NCBI GenBank assembly: GCA_964016885.1
Contig: OZ024747.1
Location: 75,330,001-75,394,000, forward strand
DNA length: 64,000 nucleotides
From: Eledone cirrhosa
Taxonomy: Eukaryota
Direction: 5' to 3'
Shown here: in pieces, positions 24,475-39,400 of the stretch
Layout of the letters: each line of letters starts with the position of its first letter
Position numbering within the stretch: position 1 is the stretch's first letter
Translations under genes and position numbers: made by a program
Notes under the pieces: generated by a model
Told to the model about the DNA's origin: nothing
Database searches by the model: none
The model's input: the letters and a program-made list of their open reading frames with translations, nothing else

Positions 24475-24620
24475 CTGTACTATTTGAGTGTACTTCGTGC
24501 CCCGCTTGCTGCGTTGTTGCGCGGCTATGGGTTGCAGCTGGTATCTTCCTAGCTAGCGCTCTGCTCTGCCAAACACGGAAGACCACCGCAGCGGTCTTCT
24601 TGCTGTTGCTGCTGCTACTA
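24475..24620 (+). promoter_or_regulatory. GC-rich YGCY-rich intronic island with alternative pairing elements; contains a weak 66-nt exon candidate
   Basis: GCTGGTATCTTC (24537-24548) is complementary to 10116-10127; local hairpin GAAGACC/GGTCTTC (24578-24599); catag|66 nt|gtatct is open in phase 1-1. Confidence 0.45.
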
Positions 24621-24778
24621 TAAATATTTTTTAAAAAATATGTTGCGTTAGATGCCCAGTGTCTAGGCTGCTACAAAATAGTATATAATTCATTTTTTTT
24701 TCCATTGACATAAAGGTCAGCTCAATAGATTTAAATGCTAACAAGAAACAAAAAAAGAATTACATATATATATATATG

Positions 24779-24821
<43 letters not shown>

Positions 24822-24973
24822 GTGTGTGGATATATGTGTGTGTACATATATATACACATGCATATGTGCACATATACATATATATGTATATACATGCATG
24901 TACATGTTTATATATATATATAAGTATACACATATCTATGTATGTATGTATATATGCACATGTATATATGCAC

Positions 24974-25019
<46 letters not shown>

Positions 25020-25462
25020 ATGTATATATTGAGCTCAAAAGACAACAGAACTGATGCACCATTTTTCCGTGTTTAATGGGTTTCTATATACTTGGTAGGT
25101 ATTTGGTATTTTTGGCTTCCTGCCAGTTTTCCATAGCAGCTTTAAAAAAATCAAAACGACGACCAAAATATTTCATTTTATTTTCCTTTTCTTTTTTTTT
25201 CTTTCCCTTCTGTTAATAACAATTTTCGATGAATTTATTTTCAAAATTAAATTTTTTCTAATTATTATTAATTTATTTCTAGTCTTTATGTGTGTGTGTG
25301 TGTGTTATATATATATATATATCTGTATATATGTATACACATACTCACACACATATCCAGACACATACAGACATACATGTACATATATATATATATATGT
25401 GTGTAAGGGTGGATATATATATATATACACACATACATGTACATATATATATGCGTAAATGT

Positions 25463-25497
<35 letters not shown>

Positions 25498-26595
25498 CCC
25501 ACAAACACACGTGTATGTTTCTCTACATATGTATGTGTATATATTTATATATTGACTGTTTCTTTTCTTTCCTTTTTTTTCTTTTTTTAGAACCATTTTT
25601 CATTTCATCATATTAAAATTTCTCATTTTGATTTCCTTTTTTTTTTCATTTTTTAGTTTCAAAGAATTTATTTCAAAAATATTTTAGAATCATTTCTCTA
25701 ATATTTCTTCTGTTCTTTATTCTTTTGTTTTTATTTTCATTTTTGTTTTATTAGCAAAAAAACAAATGTCACCAATCCAAAAATCTATTTCTAAAACATT
25801 TTTATTTAATTATTGTTTATTTTACTCATCTTGGTTACTATTTTTTTCACTTATTTATTTTTGACAAATTAAGGCAAAGTCATAATCTACACCATATTAA
25901 TTAATTAATAATTACTTCTTAAAAATGGGGGACACAAAATTTTATAATTTATTATTTTTTTTGGTTAACTTTTAATTATTTATTTATAACTTATTTTTCC
26001 ATTCCAGTACACACATGCAAGTGTTTTCAGTTGTCTGTATTTTGTTTAATAATTGATGCAAATGTTAATATTTAAATTGCTAATTTAAAAATATTAAGCA
26101 AGCACAAGACGTCACCCAAATCAAACGCTAAGTGAATAAGAGGGTAAAGTAAATTCAGGCTATATATATATACATATATATATATATTTCTTACAAGTAC
26201 ACTCAAATGTAAAAAAAGAAAAGTACCACCTCAATGCACATTTTCAGTTCCAATGCACTTGTTGCCCCACTTCATTCTATTACATTTTGAGTCTACTTTC
26301 TTATTAGTAAATACCGAAAATTATTATTTTAAATAATATTAATTGCAAATAACTAATAAGTGACACAAACAAATTTCAAAAAAATACCTCGTTTTTTTTT
26401 TTTTTTTAATATATATATAGAATAAATAAATAAATAAATAAAATCATTTATTGATGAATTTATATCCCTATTTCTTTCACATATAAAATTTTCTTAATGG
26501 TCGCCATTATTGTATCATCCTGTACATCATATGTATGTGTGTGGATAGAGTTGTGTGTGTGTGTAAACATTTATATGCACGCACACACACACAAC

Positions 26596-26661
<66 letters not shown>

Positions 26662-29162
26662 GATATGTTTTGTTTATTCTGGTAGCTATTTCCATCGCTT
26701 ATTTGAATTTTAATACCTTGGGTATAGGGACAAATTCTTTTGTCAGTATTGAGAGGATAGTCTGTTGAGTAGGAGACAAACTGAATTTGAGGCATTTTTC
26801 ATACGTTTATCTAAAGTTTGTTATTTTCACTTTGAAGTAATATTTCTTTTACATTTCAAGACAAAAGCAATTCAAGGTGTGTGTGTGTCTCCATATATAG
26901 ATGATAAAGTTAGTTTGGGATATTAAAAATATTTTAATTAGAACTGGGGGTACCTATTAAAAATTGTTACATTGTTTAAAATATTTAATAACTATATTAC
27001 AAATAGACAAATGAAACTTACATTGGGTAGGAATATATTTTTCATTCTTATCTCTTAGTAGAATGAAATTATACTAAAATTTAGTGAAATATATCTAAAA
27101 AATGTGGGCTCGATTAAAGCGTCAGATTTCATTCATTATAGCAAACTTGGATGAGCAGAGTATTTCCACTTGAATGGTTCATGTAAGATTAAGCTGCTAA
27201 TCCATATAAGAAGTACCATATCATTTCCAAATCTCACCCCCACCATTAGCTGTTAGTAGACAAACAATATCTCAATAATGTAATGGCCTAAAATTCATGG
27301 TCAAGACAATTAGAATATCAATTGTATTTAAGTTAAGTATTATCAAAAACTGAGCATTGTGTATGGATATGTGTGTGTGCATGTATGTATATATATATAT
27401 ATGTGTGTGTGTGTATATATACATATGTGTATATATATGTGTGTGTTTATATATATGTATATATATATATGTGTGTGTGTATATATGTATATATATATGT
27501 GTGTATATATGTATATATATGTGTGTATATATATATATGTATATATGTATATGTATGTATATATATATGTATGTATATATATGTGTATATATATATATGT
27601 ATATGTATGTATATATATATGTATGTATATATATGTGTATATATATATATGTATATATATATATGTATATATATATGTGTGTATATATATATACACACAT
27701 ATATATACATATATATATATTATAAATCTCCTTTGATTAATTGATGAGGCATTCTCTGTAAAGAACAATTCATACCCCATTACCTCTGTGTATTGGAAGA
27801 ACTGTATAATTTTATAATGTATATGAGTGTATGAGAGAAAGCGAGAGTATCTGTGTATGTGTACCACTGTTTACTACAATTACAGTCTGAAAGTATATTT
27901 TCTGTTCTTGTGTAACAAATCTCAGGTGATTCTTATAATATCCTCCATTCTCGAGTTTAGTGATATTTTTTTTTCTTGCCTATGTAGAAAGAAACCCACT
28001 GGAATGGTTTCGCTTTAGAAATTGTTTTGTAGTTTCTGATAATAAAAAACACAACACCATTATCATGATTTTTATATAATCATTGCAATTTATTGAAGTT
28101 CTACTCTATTTAGTCGAGTGCTTACCATTAGAGAGAGCTGAAGAGGCGGCATTTCTTCATTCATACATAGCTATCTTTTTTTCTCTCTATCTTTCTCTGT
28201 CTCTCTCTCTCATTTATCTGGTAGAGTGAGAAAAAAGGCTTTACTTTTCTACTTTTGTCGTTGAAAGTAGAATTTGTATAAAAGAAACAAAACATCATAT
28301 ACATTTTATATTTTTTTTCACTGAGATGTCACTTGTTCTTTTGTTTTCAACTAGAACAGCCATTGATAGTCTATTTTACTACTTTGATGAAACAAAATTT
28401 TTCATAATAATTACATGAAACAACACTAACAATCCCTCGCAGTTGGTGAATGGGCTTTTCATTGAATTTCAATATATTATACATTGAAACATCAAAATAT
28501 TTATTTAAAAACAAAAAATCAGATAACATTGAGTGGAATATTGTTAAAACATTATGAAGACATGTTTCATCAATGTATCTACTATTTTTTTGTTTCATTA
28601 TTATTTAGAATAATGCATCTATGATTTTCCACAGCATCTACTAAGATAAACGAACAAAAAAAAGGAGCATGTTTTAAATTATTATTATTAATTATTTGAC
28701 CTTGTGGCTAATAATAAAGACTTTATCATCGTTATCCTTATTAGGATTATTAATAATAGATAACCCTTGTAATTAGAAATAAATAGAATTAGAGAGAGAA
28801 TTTATGAGTTATTCTTTAAAATATTATGTACATGAGTTATTCTGCTATTATCAATTATTATATTTTAATAAAACTCAGCAATATTAATAATTAGTTTTGT
28901 TAATTTTCATGTAATCTCATTCAAAACATCTTGAGTGATTTGGTATGTATCTATTGACATTAATAAAATATTAACAAAAAAATAGAATAAATAAAACACG
29001 TAAACAGAAATTAATAACAGTTTAGGTAGAGTAATGGTTGCTTATTTGCTAGCTAAGCCATGTTAGGTGATGGACAAGTCTTTTTTAAATATCTGAGAAG
29101 AGCTCAACAATAGCTTTCCAGATTTGGAAGAAATTGCTCTTGACAATGACTATGACTCTACA

Positions 29163-29280
29163 GGTGCTTGGCCTAGTGATTAGAGAATTGGTTTCACAAA
29201 CGTGAAGTTGTGAGTTTGATTCTCGGACCAGGCGATGCATTATGTTCTTGAGCAAGACACTTTATTTCATGTTGCTTCAC
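29163..29280 (+). mobile_element. tRNA-derived SINE (family B), partial
   Basis: tggcctagtgattagag ... gtgagtttgattctc ... cttgagcaagacactttatttcatgttgct. Confidence 0.65.
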
Positions 29281-29476
29281 CTGCCAGTTTTTGCGACCGG
29301 TAGATAGTATCAGCAATTTAAAGACCAATGGAAACATAAGATAAGATAATTTTGTGTGTGTTTAGTTTATTTTATAAAGTCATATATAAACTCACAATAG
29401 ACTTATATTTAGCATTGCTGTATTACCTTTTAAGCTGGGACCTTATCACAGCTACCTTGGTACCAGGGTAAGAGCA

Positions 29477-29518
<42 letters not shown>

Positions 29519-31149
29519 TACTTCATATTTGTATATTAAGATATGTCTTGTGTGTGTGTGTGTGTTTAATTCATCTTATAAAGACAGATATAAGTACATA
29601 TACAATATGTTTATGTAAATAAATATATATTTAATCTCTCTGTGGGGATTTTTCTTTAAGCTGAGACTTTGTCACAGTTACCTTGGCATTGGGCAAAGAG
29701 CAATGTGTACATATATTTCTCAGTCCTTGTGTGCCTGTAGCTTAGATAACCTAAATGCTTGATGTCAGACTAATCAAGCAATTTCATTAGCTTCCAGAAA
29801 AATTGCTGTATTTTTTCTTCAAATATCAGTGCTATCTTATCTTTAGATTCTAAAGAGGTTAAACCATATCATTCTGATAGCAGCATGTTTTTTCTGGTTT
29901 ACCGTACAGCTTAGAAATGGTATGAAAACTATCTAAATCTTATTCCAATCCAATCCAGGGCCTTCTCACTCCCATTGGAGGAATCCCTCCCTGGTTGACC
30001 TCCACCACTTTCTGTTTGGTTTTGGTCATGTCTTCAGGGATGTAGCCATACTTGATCAATTGCAGGTTGGTGAGGCTATTTAACCCATTGTTGGGGTGGA
30101 TGGTCGTTGACGCTGTCTTGGGGGTTCTGAAGAAAAAAAAGGTCATGGGGATTATGACTGACTAAGCAATACCTACACACACACACATACATACATATAT
30201 ATGTGTGTGTATATATATATAATATAATAGTAGAAATAATAAATATAAAGACCAAAATCTAGAGAGGACTTGATAAGGCTTGTGTATATATAGTATTAAT
30301 AATATGTAGTCCCAATGTGAATCAGGAGACAAGCACTGTTGAAAAGGGTACTCAGTATAGAAATGACTTTTACAGGATTAGAATTGTTCCATTTTATAAG
30401 AAATCACCAAGAAAGTCCTGATGATTGCATATGAATGAAACAGTTCTAGTTCTGTAGAAGTCATTTCTATAATTAGATGAATATATGTATTGGGAGTTAC
30501 CAGTTAGACTAGTAAGAACATATTCAACTGAGTACTCAATACTTTGGAAAATAGATCGTTTGTATAGTAAAAGTTAGTGCCTGACAGCTGAGCTCACTCC
30601 ATTTCAACATTGAATGGATAATACTGTTGAAACAGTGTGCGTGTGCTCAGCTTTTGGCCACTAACATTTACTATATATATATATAAATAAAGAGAGAGAG
30701 TGAGAGAGAGAATATAAAATAAATGTGTAAATAGTTTGTTGATCTCTAATTACAAGAATCAGCTTAGCTGCTGAAATAATATAGCTATAAAAGCTGGATT
30801 AAACAGTGAAATCCAGCAATGAAAATCGGAAAACTCATTATGATATCACTTTAGGAAAGAGTTACTTGATATGTTTAAATAATTAAGACTGATAAATAAT
30901 GTTATTGTAATTAAGAGTTCATTAACTGCAATTTCTTTTTACATTAAGCTTTAACTTTCTCCCATTACCATCTTATTAATGTTATGAAAACAGTTTTTAT
31001 CTTATTTTAAATATCTGTGTAAAGTGGTAGCAATATTGAATCTCCATAGCATTTACAAGATAATTATTTTTCTGACGTTTTAAGTATGAAATAATCCACC
31101 CAATTTTATTTATTATTATCACATACAGTTATGAACTTCAAATAGAAAC

Positions 31150-31231
<82 letters not shown>

Positions 31232-31925
31232 ATATATTTAATACAATAACAGAGATAGCTTAAAGCTAAACTCCGACTGGTAACCATCTCACTCAACAAA
31301 CATTAGGTTATATGTTAGTATAAACCCAATTTAAGTGTTTGGGGTGCTAACTATATGTATTTTGGGGAAAGCCAGTTGTATTATTTTATGAGATATAATT
31401 AAAGATAAAATATATCTCTCTTTCCAGACAATTGTTTTATTATAAGTTTTCTACAAATTATATATATATATTTATTTAGAGAACGGTAGATAGCTCTTGT
31501 TATATCTATTCATACCACAAGTTTTATTTCTCCACTATCTCTCGCTTCCTCTTTTCTCTCTCAGAAATTAATAAATTAATTTCATGAATTTTAATTTAGA
31601 TAACTTGGCCTAATGTGTTTTTTTCTTTTTTCTTGGAAATAAATCATTATTTGATCAAGTTTACTATACATACCAAATACAATCTGTCATAGTTTAGGAA
31701 TTATTTTGACTCTTTCGTGTTTGTTTTCAATGTAACTGTTGATATGTTAGTCATATATCTGATTTCTGAAGAAAAGAAAAGATTATCAGATTGGACCAAA
31801 GAAACAGTGTTTCTGTTGGTCTTTCCAGTGCTGATACTATCTGCTAGTCACAACTCATTAAGACTTAATGAATAACTACTTCAAACTGGTGTCATCATCA
31901 TCATCATCATCATCTTTTAACATCC

Positions 31926-31958
<33 letters not shown>

Positions 31959-32196
31959 GTTTAAAGATAAGACTAAATATCTATTTTCTTAATTGGCACC
32001 AAAGTTTAACAGAAATCTCAGAAATAGAAAAGATGCTGTGGACTTATATTCTGTAATTCTTTATTGATTAGATTAAGTTTTGTCTGTAATATATTTTCTT
32101 TTTCTTTACAACAGGAACAAATATTTTCTTTAAAAAAAAACAACAAATTTTCTAATCTTTTTCTTTTTCTTTTTTTTCTTTTCTTCTTTCCTGCAG

Positions 32197-32481
32197 TCCC
32201 CCAACAGCCGAAAAACCTTCAAGCTCTTGCTGAGTCTGCAAATACTGTTCATGTCACTTGGGATCGACCAGATGCAATGGATAATATTGAGAGCTATGAG
32301 CTTTATTATAATGATTCTCACTACCGCCAGAATGTTCACATAAGTATTAAACCGCCAGTAATAAGTTATCGTTTAGTTGATCTAACACCTGATACAGTCT
32401 ACCATGTTCAAGTATCAGCTAAATCCTCACGTGGCGAAGGAGCACGTACTCCAACGATTCAAGTTAGAACGCCTCAGTTCG
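32197..32481 (+). CDS. Lar: LAR-family RPTP exon, FN3 repeat 3
   Basis: Long pyrimidine tract, ctgcag|TC ... TTCG|gtaagt; 285 nt; phase 1-1. VPQQPKNLQALAESANTVHVTWDRP...YELYYNDS...LTPDTVYHVQVSAKSSRGEGARTPTIQVRTPQF closely matches Lar FN3. Confidence 0.96.
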
Positions 32482-34415
32482 GTAAGTTGCTCTCATTTTA
32501 TTATAAATTCGATATATAGGTCAATATTGGGCCTTGAAACCTTAGGTAGTGCGTTTGTTCCATGTATGAACATAAATATATAATATAATATTCATGTATA
32601 TATATATAATACATTTTCAAAGACTTTATAATAAACCATCTTTGCTTATTCTTATTAAAATGTTCTATTTTCTTTACAGGAGGTTTTACAAGCTTATCAT
32701 TGAGTCTCCTTCTCTTTCAGAGTTTATTTGCTGCATAAAACAAATACTTTTATAATCCCTGACAAAATATATATTTATAATCCGTTTGCTTAACTTTTAT
32801 TTTCAGTCCTTTAAATAAATGATTTAAACTTGTTTCTCTACAGGTATTTTTGGGGTGGGAAAAAAAAAAAAAAAAAATTATCAAGAATTATGAGATGTAT
32901 GCAAAGAAAAGAAAGAAAAAATATATTTAGTTGCGTTTGGAATGAAATACATGCTTTTTGTATTCTCCATGTATTTATATGTGCAGTTATAGATATTTCA
33001 TCAAGTAGGGAAAAAAAGAAACCCGATGGAGGGTGGGGCATATCACATCTAAAATGTCTACAATGTTATTAGGTGTTTGTTAGAAATTCTGAATAAATTT
33101 ATTTCAGGTACCAAACTATGTAACTAATTAAAATACCAAACTACTATACTATTTACAAAACCAAACCTTTTTTTAAACTATTTTAAAACACAAAATATTA
33201 ATAATACTTTTACAGAATATTAACTCATAATATGACCATGGCTTTGAAGCCATTCCTCCAAAAACCACCTTCCTCTGATGATGCCTAAAATGTTAAGAAA
33301 CTAAAGATTGCTGAAGGTTTTAATGCTGTGTAATTGTGTAATATAATTTCTACAAATAAATAAAGTTTCCTATTTAAATGATAAAGTTTATATATAATAT
33401 TTATATATATAAATATATATATATATAGAGAGAGAGATCCACAACAATTACTAAACCATTGTGGAATTAATTCTATACTGAACTTCCCTTTGGACTGAAT
33501 GTTCTATTGACTTTGGATATAAACCTTCTGATTTTTCACCATTATATATATATATATAGTAAATCTTAGTAATGCAATAATAAAGCAACAAATTATTATT
33601 AAAAACATGTCTGTGAATCAAAATATGTCTAGTATCTTTACTAGTGGACAAATTTTATTGAAAATTTGTAGTAAACTCAAGATTTTTAATTTTTTTATGT
33701 AATGCAATCATAGTGCTATTTTGTAGTTTTTAAGAATTTAGTGTTAATATTGTTACCTGAAGTACAAACGTTAAGAGTTAACTAACAACATTGACATTTC
33801 AAAAGGATGTTTTTAAAAACTTACAATGTTAATTGTTTCAAGGTATTTTTATGGTAATATGAATAATTTAATTGTTTTATTTTAATTTTTTTTTTTACAA
33901 ATACCTTACTTAATTTAATGAAAATTGCTTGAATCAAACTAACAATGAAAATGTTCACACCACTTTTTATTTTTGCATTTTGCCCTTGAATTCAAATGAT
34001 ATAATGATAATTTTGGCAATTCTATGACATTTTCAATGATTTCAATCGAATCACAAACACACATGCATACACACAAAGACTTTATATACATACATAGAAT
34101 AAAATTAAGTAATATATAAAATACCTTGTGTTATCCCATATATTTCTCTCGCCCTGATACTTATGATCAGTTAGTTAATCAATAACCAATATCTATTATA
34201 ATCCCCATCATCGATGTTCTAGAAAGACAGTTGAAAATATCTTAGGAACTGACTACCAAGATTTTGGTTGTATATTTATTTTCTCCTGCCCTCCTACATA
34301 TCTTCAGAAATTGAGGTTTCACACCTTTTGTTTTACATCTTCAATATATGTCCTTTTTTACTTCTTTTTTTTTCACAGCTCTTTATTATTATTATTATTA
34401 TTGATATATACAAGG

Positions 34416-34720
34416 GATTGGCGGTGGGTTGGCATAATTCGGTAGAGCGTCAGACAACAGGCTTTGCAGCATCTAGCTTTACAGTCTGAGTTTAAATCCT
34501 GCTGGGGTTAGCTTTGCCTTTCATCCTTACAGCGTCTATAAAATAAAGTACCAGTGACACACTGGGGTTGATTTAATTGACTTTTACCTTCCCTGAAAAT
34601 GATTGGCCTTGAGCCTAAATCAAATATCCTTATTATTAATCTCACTGAGGTTAACTTTGCCTTTCATCCTTCTGTGGTCAATAAAATAAAGTACCAGTGA
34701 CGTACTGAGGTAGATGTAAT
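34416..34720 (+). mobile_element. SINE family A copy plus a partial second copy
   Basis: tggcataattcggtagagc, gagtttaaatcc, and gcctttcatcct...aaaataaagtaccag twice. Confidence 0.75.
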
Positions 34721-34908
34721 CAACTCCCCACCACCACCACCACCACCACCACCCATTCATCCCTTGACCTCCTATATTTACATAGCTTACCTGCCACTTT
34801 ATCTACACCTTTTATTTCGTTGTCTTTATTTTCACTTATTATTATTTTTATTAGCAGCAGCAGTAGTAGTAATAGTATCATCATCATTATTATTTTTTTC
34901 CTATTTTG

Positions 34909-34912
<4 letters not shown>

Positions 34913-34943
<31 letters not shown>

Positions 34944-35003
34944 TATATATATATATGTATTATATATATATATATATATGTATTATATATATATATATAT
35001 ATG

Positions 35004-35037
<34 letters not shown>

Positions 35038-35253
35038 TATATATGTATTATATATATATATATATGTATTATATATGTATTATATATATATATATATGTA
35101 TTATATATGTATTATATATATATATATATGTATTATATATGTATTATATATATATATATATATGTATTATATATGTATTATATATATATATATATATATA
35201 TATGTATTATATATGTATTATATATATATATATATATATATGTATTATATATG

Positions 35254-35287
<34 letters not shown>

Positions 35288-35550
35288 TATATATGTATTA
35301 TATATATATATATATGTATTATATATATATATATATATATATGTATTATATATATATGTATATATATTATATATATGTATATATATTATATATATATGTA
35401 TATATATATATGTATATGTATTATATATATATGTATTATATATATATGTATATATATTATATATATGTATATATATTATATATATGTATATATATATATG
35501 TATATGTATTATATATATATATGTATATGTATTATATATATATGTGTGTG

Positions 35551-35581
<31 letters not shown>

Positions 35582-35605
35582 TTATATATATAAACACACA
35601 CACAC
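34913..35605. repeat. Compound (TA)n/TATGTAT microsatellite
   Basis: About 700 bp of patterned TA repeat; source of the long Y/I/C-rich spurious ORFs. Confidence 0.95.
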
Positions 35606-35788
35606 ACACCTTGCTTATGTATTTACCAACCTTCCAATCATTAATCATTTTGTCATGTTATTGTTGCCAAATCATTTTTATTTGTTACAATGGAAAAAAC
35701 TCTGCAAGTTGAATTACATTTTTCTCGAGATTAAATCACAATATTTAACCAAAAGTTCAATATTTCTAATATATATATATATACATAT

Positions 35789-35935
35789 GAAGGTGCATGG
35801 CTTAGTGGTTAGAGCATTGGGCTTGCAATCGAAAGGTTGTGAGTTCAATTCTTGGACCGGGTGATGTGTTGTTTCCTTGAGCAAGACACTTTATTTCATG
35901 TTGCTCCAGTTTACTCAGCTGTAGAAATGAGATGA
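35789..35935 (+). mobile_element. tRNA-derived SINE (family B)
   Basis: gcatggcttagtggttagagc (A-box), gtgagttcaattc (B-box), ccttgagcaagacactttatttcatgttgctccagtttactcagctgtagaaatgag. Other copies near 49930-50050 (-), 51642-51750 (-) and 60170-60275 (+). Confidence 0.8.
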
Positions 35936-36699
35936 TAGGACTATCATTAAATCACCCAAGACACCTCCAACGAGATATACCTTGGAGGAGGCCAGCTAAA
36001 CTTGCATAGGTGTGAGCTGTCACACACATATATATGTATGTACATATATATGTACATAGGCTCCTGATGTACGTTGGGAGTTGACCACTGTCAAAAAAGG
36101 GAACTCAATACATTAGTAGAGTATAAGTATATTCATTTTATTATAGAAATAATTTTTACATGTCTGGAACTATTTTTTATATATATAATGTTATAATGTT
36201 TATATATATATATGTATTTAATATATATAATGTTATAATGTTTATATATATATGTATTTAAAATACCATAGTATTTAAAACATTCAAACATGAACTAAAT
36301 GAGTACTCAATACTGGTGGATTACATGTCGTCTGCTTCATGTAACTTGATGGCAAACATATAAATGCCATGATTACCATGCTAGAATATTTTAGACCAAT
36401 ACCTTGTATTTCAACTTGTAATTTTCCAGGTGAAATGTCCATGTAGAGTGTAAGCTGTGAAGCTATTATTGTAATTTGTTCCAGTTTTGCACCGCCACCA
36501 CCACCACCACCGCCACCACCACCACCATCATCATCATCATTACATTTTTTCACATCTTCAGTAATGCCATTGTTTTAATTTGTGTTTTTTCCTTTTCATT
36601 TTTTGGCTTATTATAACCACAACCATCCTCCACCTCATCATCATGTATTTGTCTTATAGCAAGCTTAAGGATCATTCATTCACTGTTATTATTTTGTCA

Positions 36700-36731
<32 letters not shown>

Positions 36732-37549
36732 TTTTGTCTAATGTTGTTATTTGTCGAATCATCACATTCATTTAGATGCTAAAACTTCCCTTTATTTGTT
36801 TCCTTGTATATCCTGAGAGCTGTTTTACATGTGATCGATCAAATGCATGAAATATTTTGATGATGTCTGTATCTCTTGAACTAAACCCCCGCCCCCTGAC
36901 GTCCTTGTTGATTCCCTTCCTTCCATTTCATTATGTAATCATTTCATTCATCTTTCAGAATTACTGGGCATGCTTCAAGTCAGAGCACTCTATAGATTAT
37001 GTTTGTTTAAGTTGAAAAATGGCAGTGTCATACTCTATGGATCACACCCCCTTTTATGTATGTGTGTTGGTGTGTGTATATGTACACACACCAACACATA
37101 CACACACACCCTACATAAACACATAGGACAGTTTATATTAAAGTTGAAAGAATGTTGAGGGCTGATGTATGTAAACCTGGGCAGTGTGGCTTTGCCAGTT
37201 GTTCATTAAGTAGTAGTTGCTGTACACTAATACAGATTTACAGCTACCTTTTCTATTAGCAATGCACGACATACCATAAGTATCATCATCATCACCATTT
37301 TATGTCCGTTCTTCCACGCTAGCATGGGTTAGACAGGTTGTCCTGGTGTGGGCAGTAGCCGGTCGGCTGACCATGTCTTGCTCATATGGGAACTGATTCT
37401 GGCTTGATATCTACAGAATATACTTGAATATAAGCATATACTTGAATATAAGCTGCTCCCCACTCCCTTTATTTTACCATCAATTTTTTTTAGGTCGCAT
37501 ATTCCTCGTGTTATATTTGAGTATATACAGCATGTGCCTGTTGGCATTA

Positions 37550-37675
37550 TTTACGTCCCTTTCTGATCTGAGTTCAAATCCCGCCGAGGTTAACTTAGCA
37601 TTTCATCCTTATGGGGTCAATAAAATAAAGTACCAGTAATACACTGGGTAATTGCCAAAAGTAGAAACAATTATT
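37550..37675 (+). mobile_element. SINE family A, 5'-truncated
   Basis: ctgagttcaaatcccgccgaggttaac...ttcatccttatggggtcaataaaataaagtaccag...aaaagtagaaacaattat. Confidence 0.75.
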
Positions 37676-39353
37676 TTGTCTGTAAATGTCGATAAAAGAA
37701 AGTTCCTTTGAAGTACTAGGCCTTTTTATAAAGAGGACTTGATAATTTCTGCTTGAATTAACAGCATTCGTATTCTTGCAAGTAATAGTGTTTAGATAAT
37801 TTTGATATCGTCTCCAACAGCATCATTACTGACACATCACAGCAGTAATAGTAAACAGGAAAACAAACCCTACTATCAGACTGATATCATTTCTAATGAA
37901 CTACAAGGCCTCTTTGGGATTAAAAGGTTCAAATATTTTGCAAGAAGACTGAAATAGCACTGATGTAAAAAGAAGAAAATGCCATCAATTTCTTGAGGCT
38001 GTTGCTAATAAAGGTTGTTAGGTTAGTCTGACATAAAAAAGAAAACTTGCTTTTGATAAGGAGAGAAGCGATAAACACATTCATGCTGGCTTGATAAAAG
38101 TAATTTTGAAAATACTGATGGATTTTTTAAACATGATACTATTTCCTTGCTTAGGATTAAATATTTCACACATAGTCAAGCACATCATAAAATATGATAT
38201 AAATATTATGCAAATATTTTAGTTTGCTTAGGATTAAATATTTTTTACATAGTCGAGCATATCATAAAATATATGATCTAAATATTATTATGCAAATATT
38301 TTTGTTTGCTTTTTAATTATAAGGGGATGGAATTGGCAGTACCATTAGAGTGTAGGATTAGATACTCTTCAGTAATTTTTACAGTTATCTCTGCTCCAAG
38401 TTCAAACATCATTGAGATCGACTTTGCTTTTCATTCTTTTGGGGTCAATGTCAGTGGTTTGGGGGAATTGTTGGAGTATTTGATGAGATTTGATTTGGCC
38501 CTCTCCATTGTGGGTTTGCCTGTGACAACATTGGTGTTAAGAAATACCAGTCTTTGCCTTTCTGTTGGCCAGCATAGTTGGCATAGAGAGGAAAAATTTG
38601 CATATGTGAGCAACTCCTTTTCTTCTTCACCCACTTATTCATGGGAAGGTCGTGGGGGCAGAATCCTCAAGCACGCCTACTAGCAGGTCCTGTCTGGAGC
38701 ATCCTTCTCCAATTGATTCAGCTGGATCCCTGAGTGAGACCAGCTAAGCTCATTGATGTTATCCAACCATCTAGCTCAGGGTCTTTTCAACAGACTATAA
38801 ATAATACATGATATACATATACAAACAGGCATACACATATAAACTTTTTTTCCCTAGAATGACACTTATGCCTTATATTCAACTTAAAGAAACATAAATA
38901 TTATGAGAAAAGTTCTTTTGAATATTGGATGAAGTAGAACATCATTTAATCTATATTTGCAAAGGGAAGGGTGGGCAACCTCCATAAATTATTACTATTA
39001 TAGGGTGCAGCAAACAAACGTCTCAAAATGAGCGTTGATTACCTGACCCTGTGCGTATCGACAATGGTAAGGTTGTAACCACATCTTGTAACGGATAAAA
39101 AATCTGTCCGGAAAAGACTGCCCTAACACCGACCAGAGTTACCTCCCTTGACCTACTGCAAAATCAAAACACGCTTGTTTTGCGAAGAATGAGCTATGAC
39201 GTGAACTTAACCCCCAAAACACTTTCCGGGCAATGTAGGAAACACTTTTGGTTATTTATGCCCTTGAGAAGCCCAACTGGGCGAAACGTATGTAGGTGCT
39301 GTTTTAAATAAACATGTATTAACGGTCTGTTCTCCGATTTCTTACTTTTCCAC

Positions 39354-39400
<47 letters not shown>

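Noticed and set aside
27988-28006. ttgcctatgtag|19 nt|gtttcg exon candidate
   Set aside because: Length not divisible by 3 and a poor donor.
32680-32845. tctttacag|GAG|gtttta 3-nt exon and ctctacag|gtattt AG/GT site after the FN3 exon
   Set aside because: Both donors are weak; insufficient support from sequence alone.
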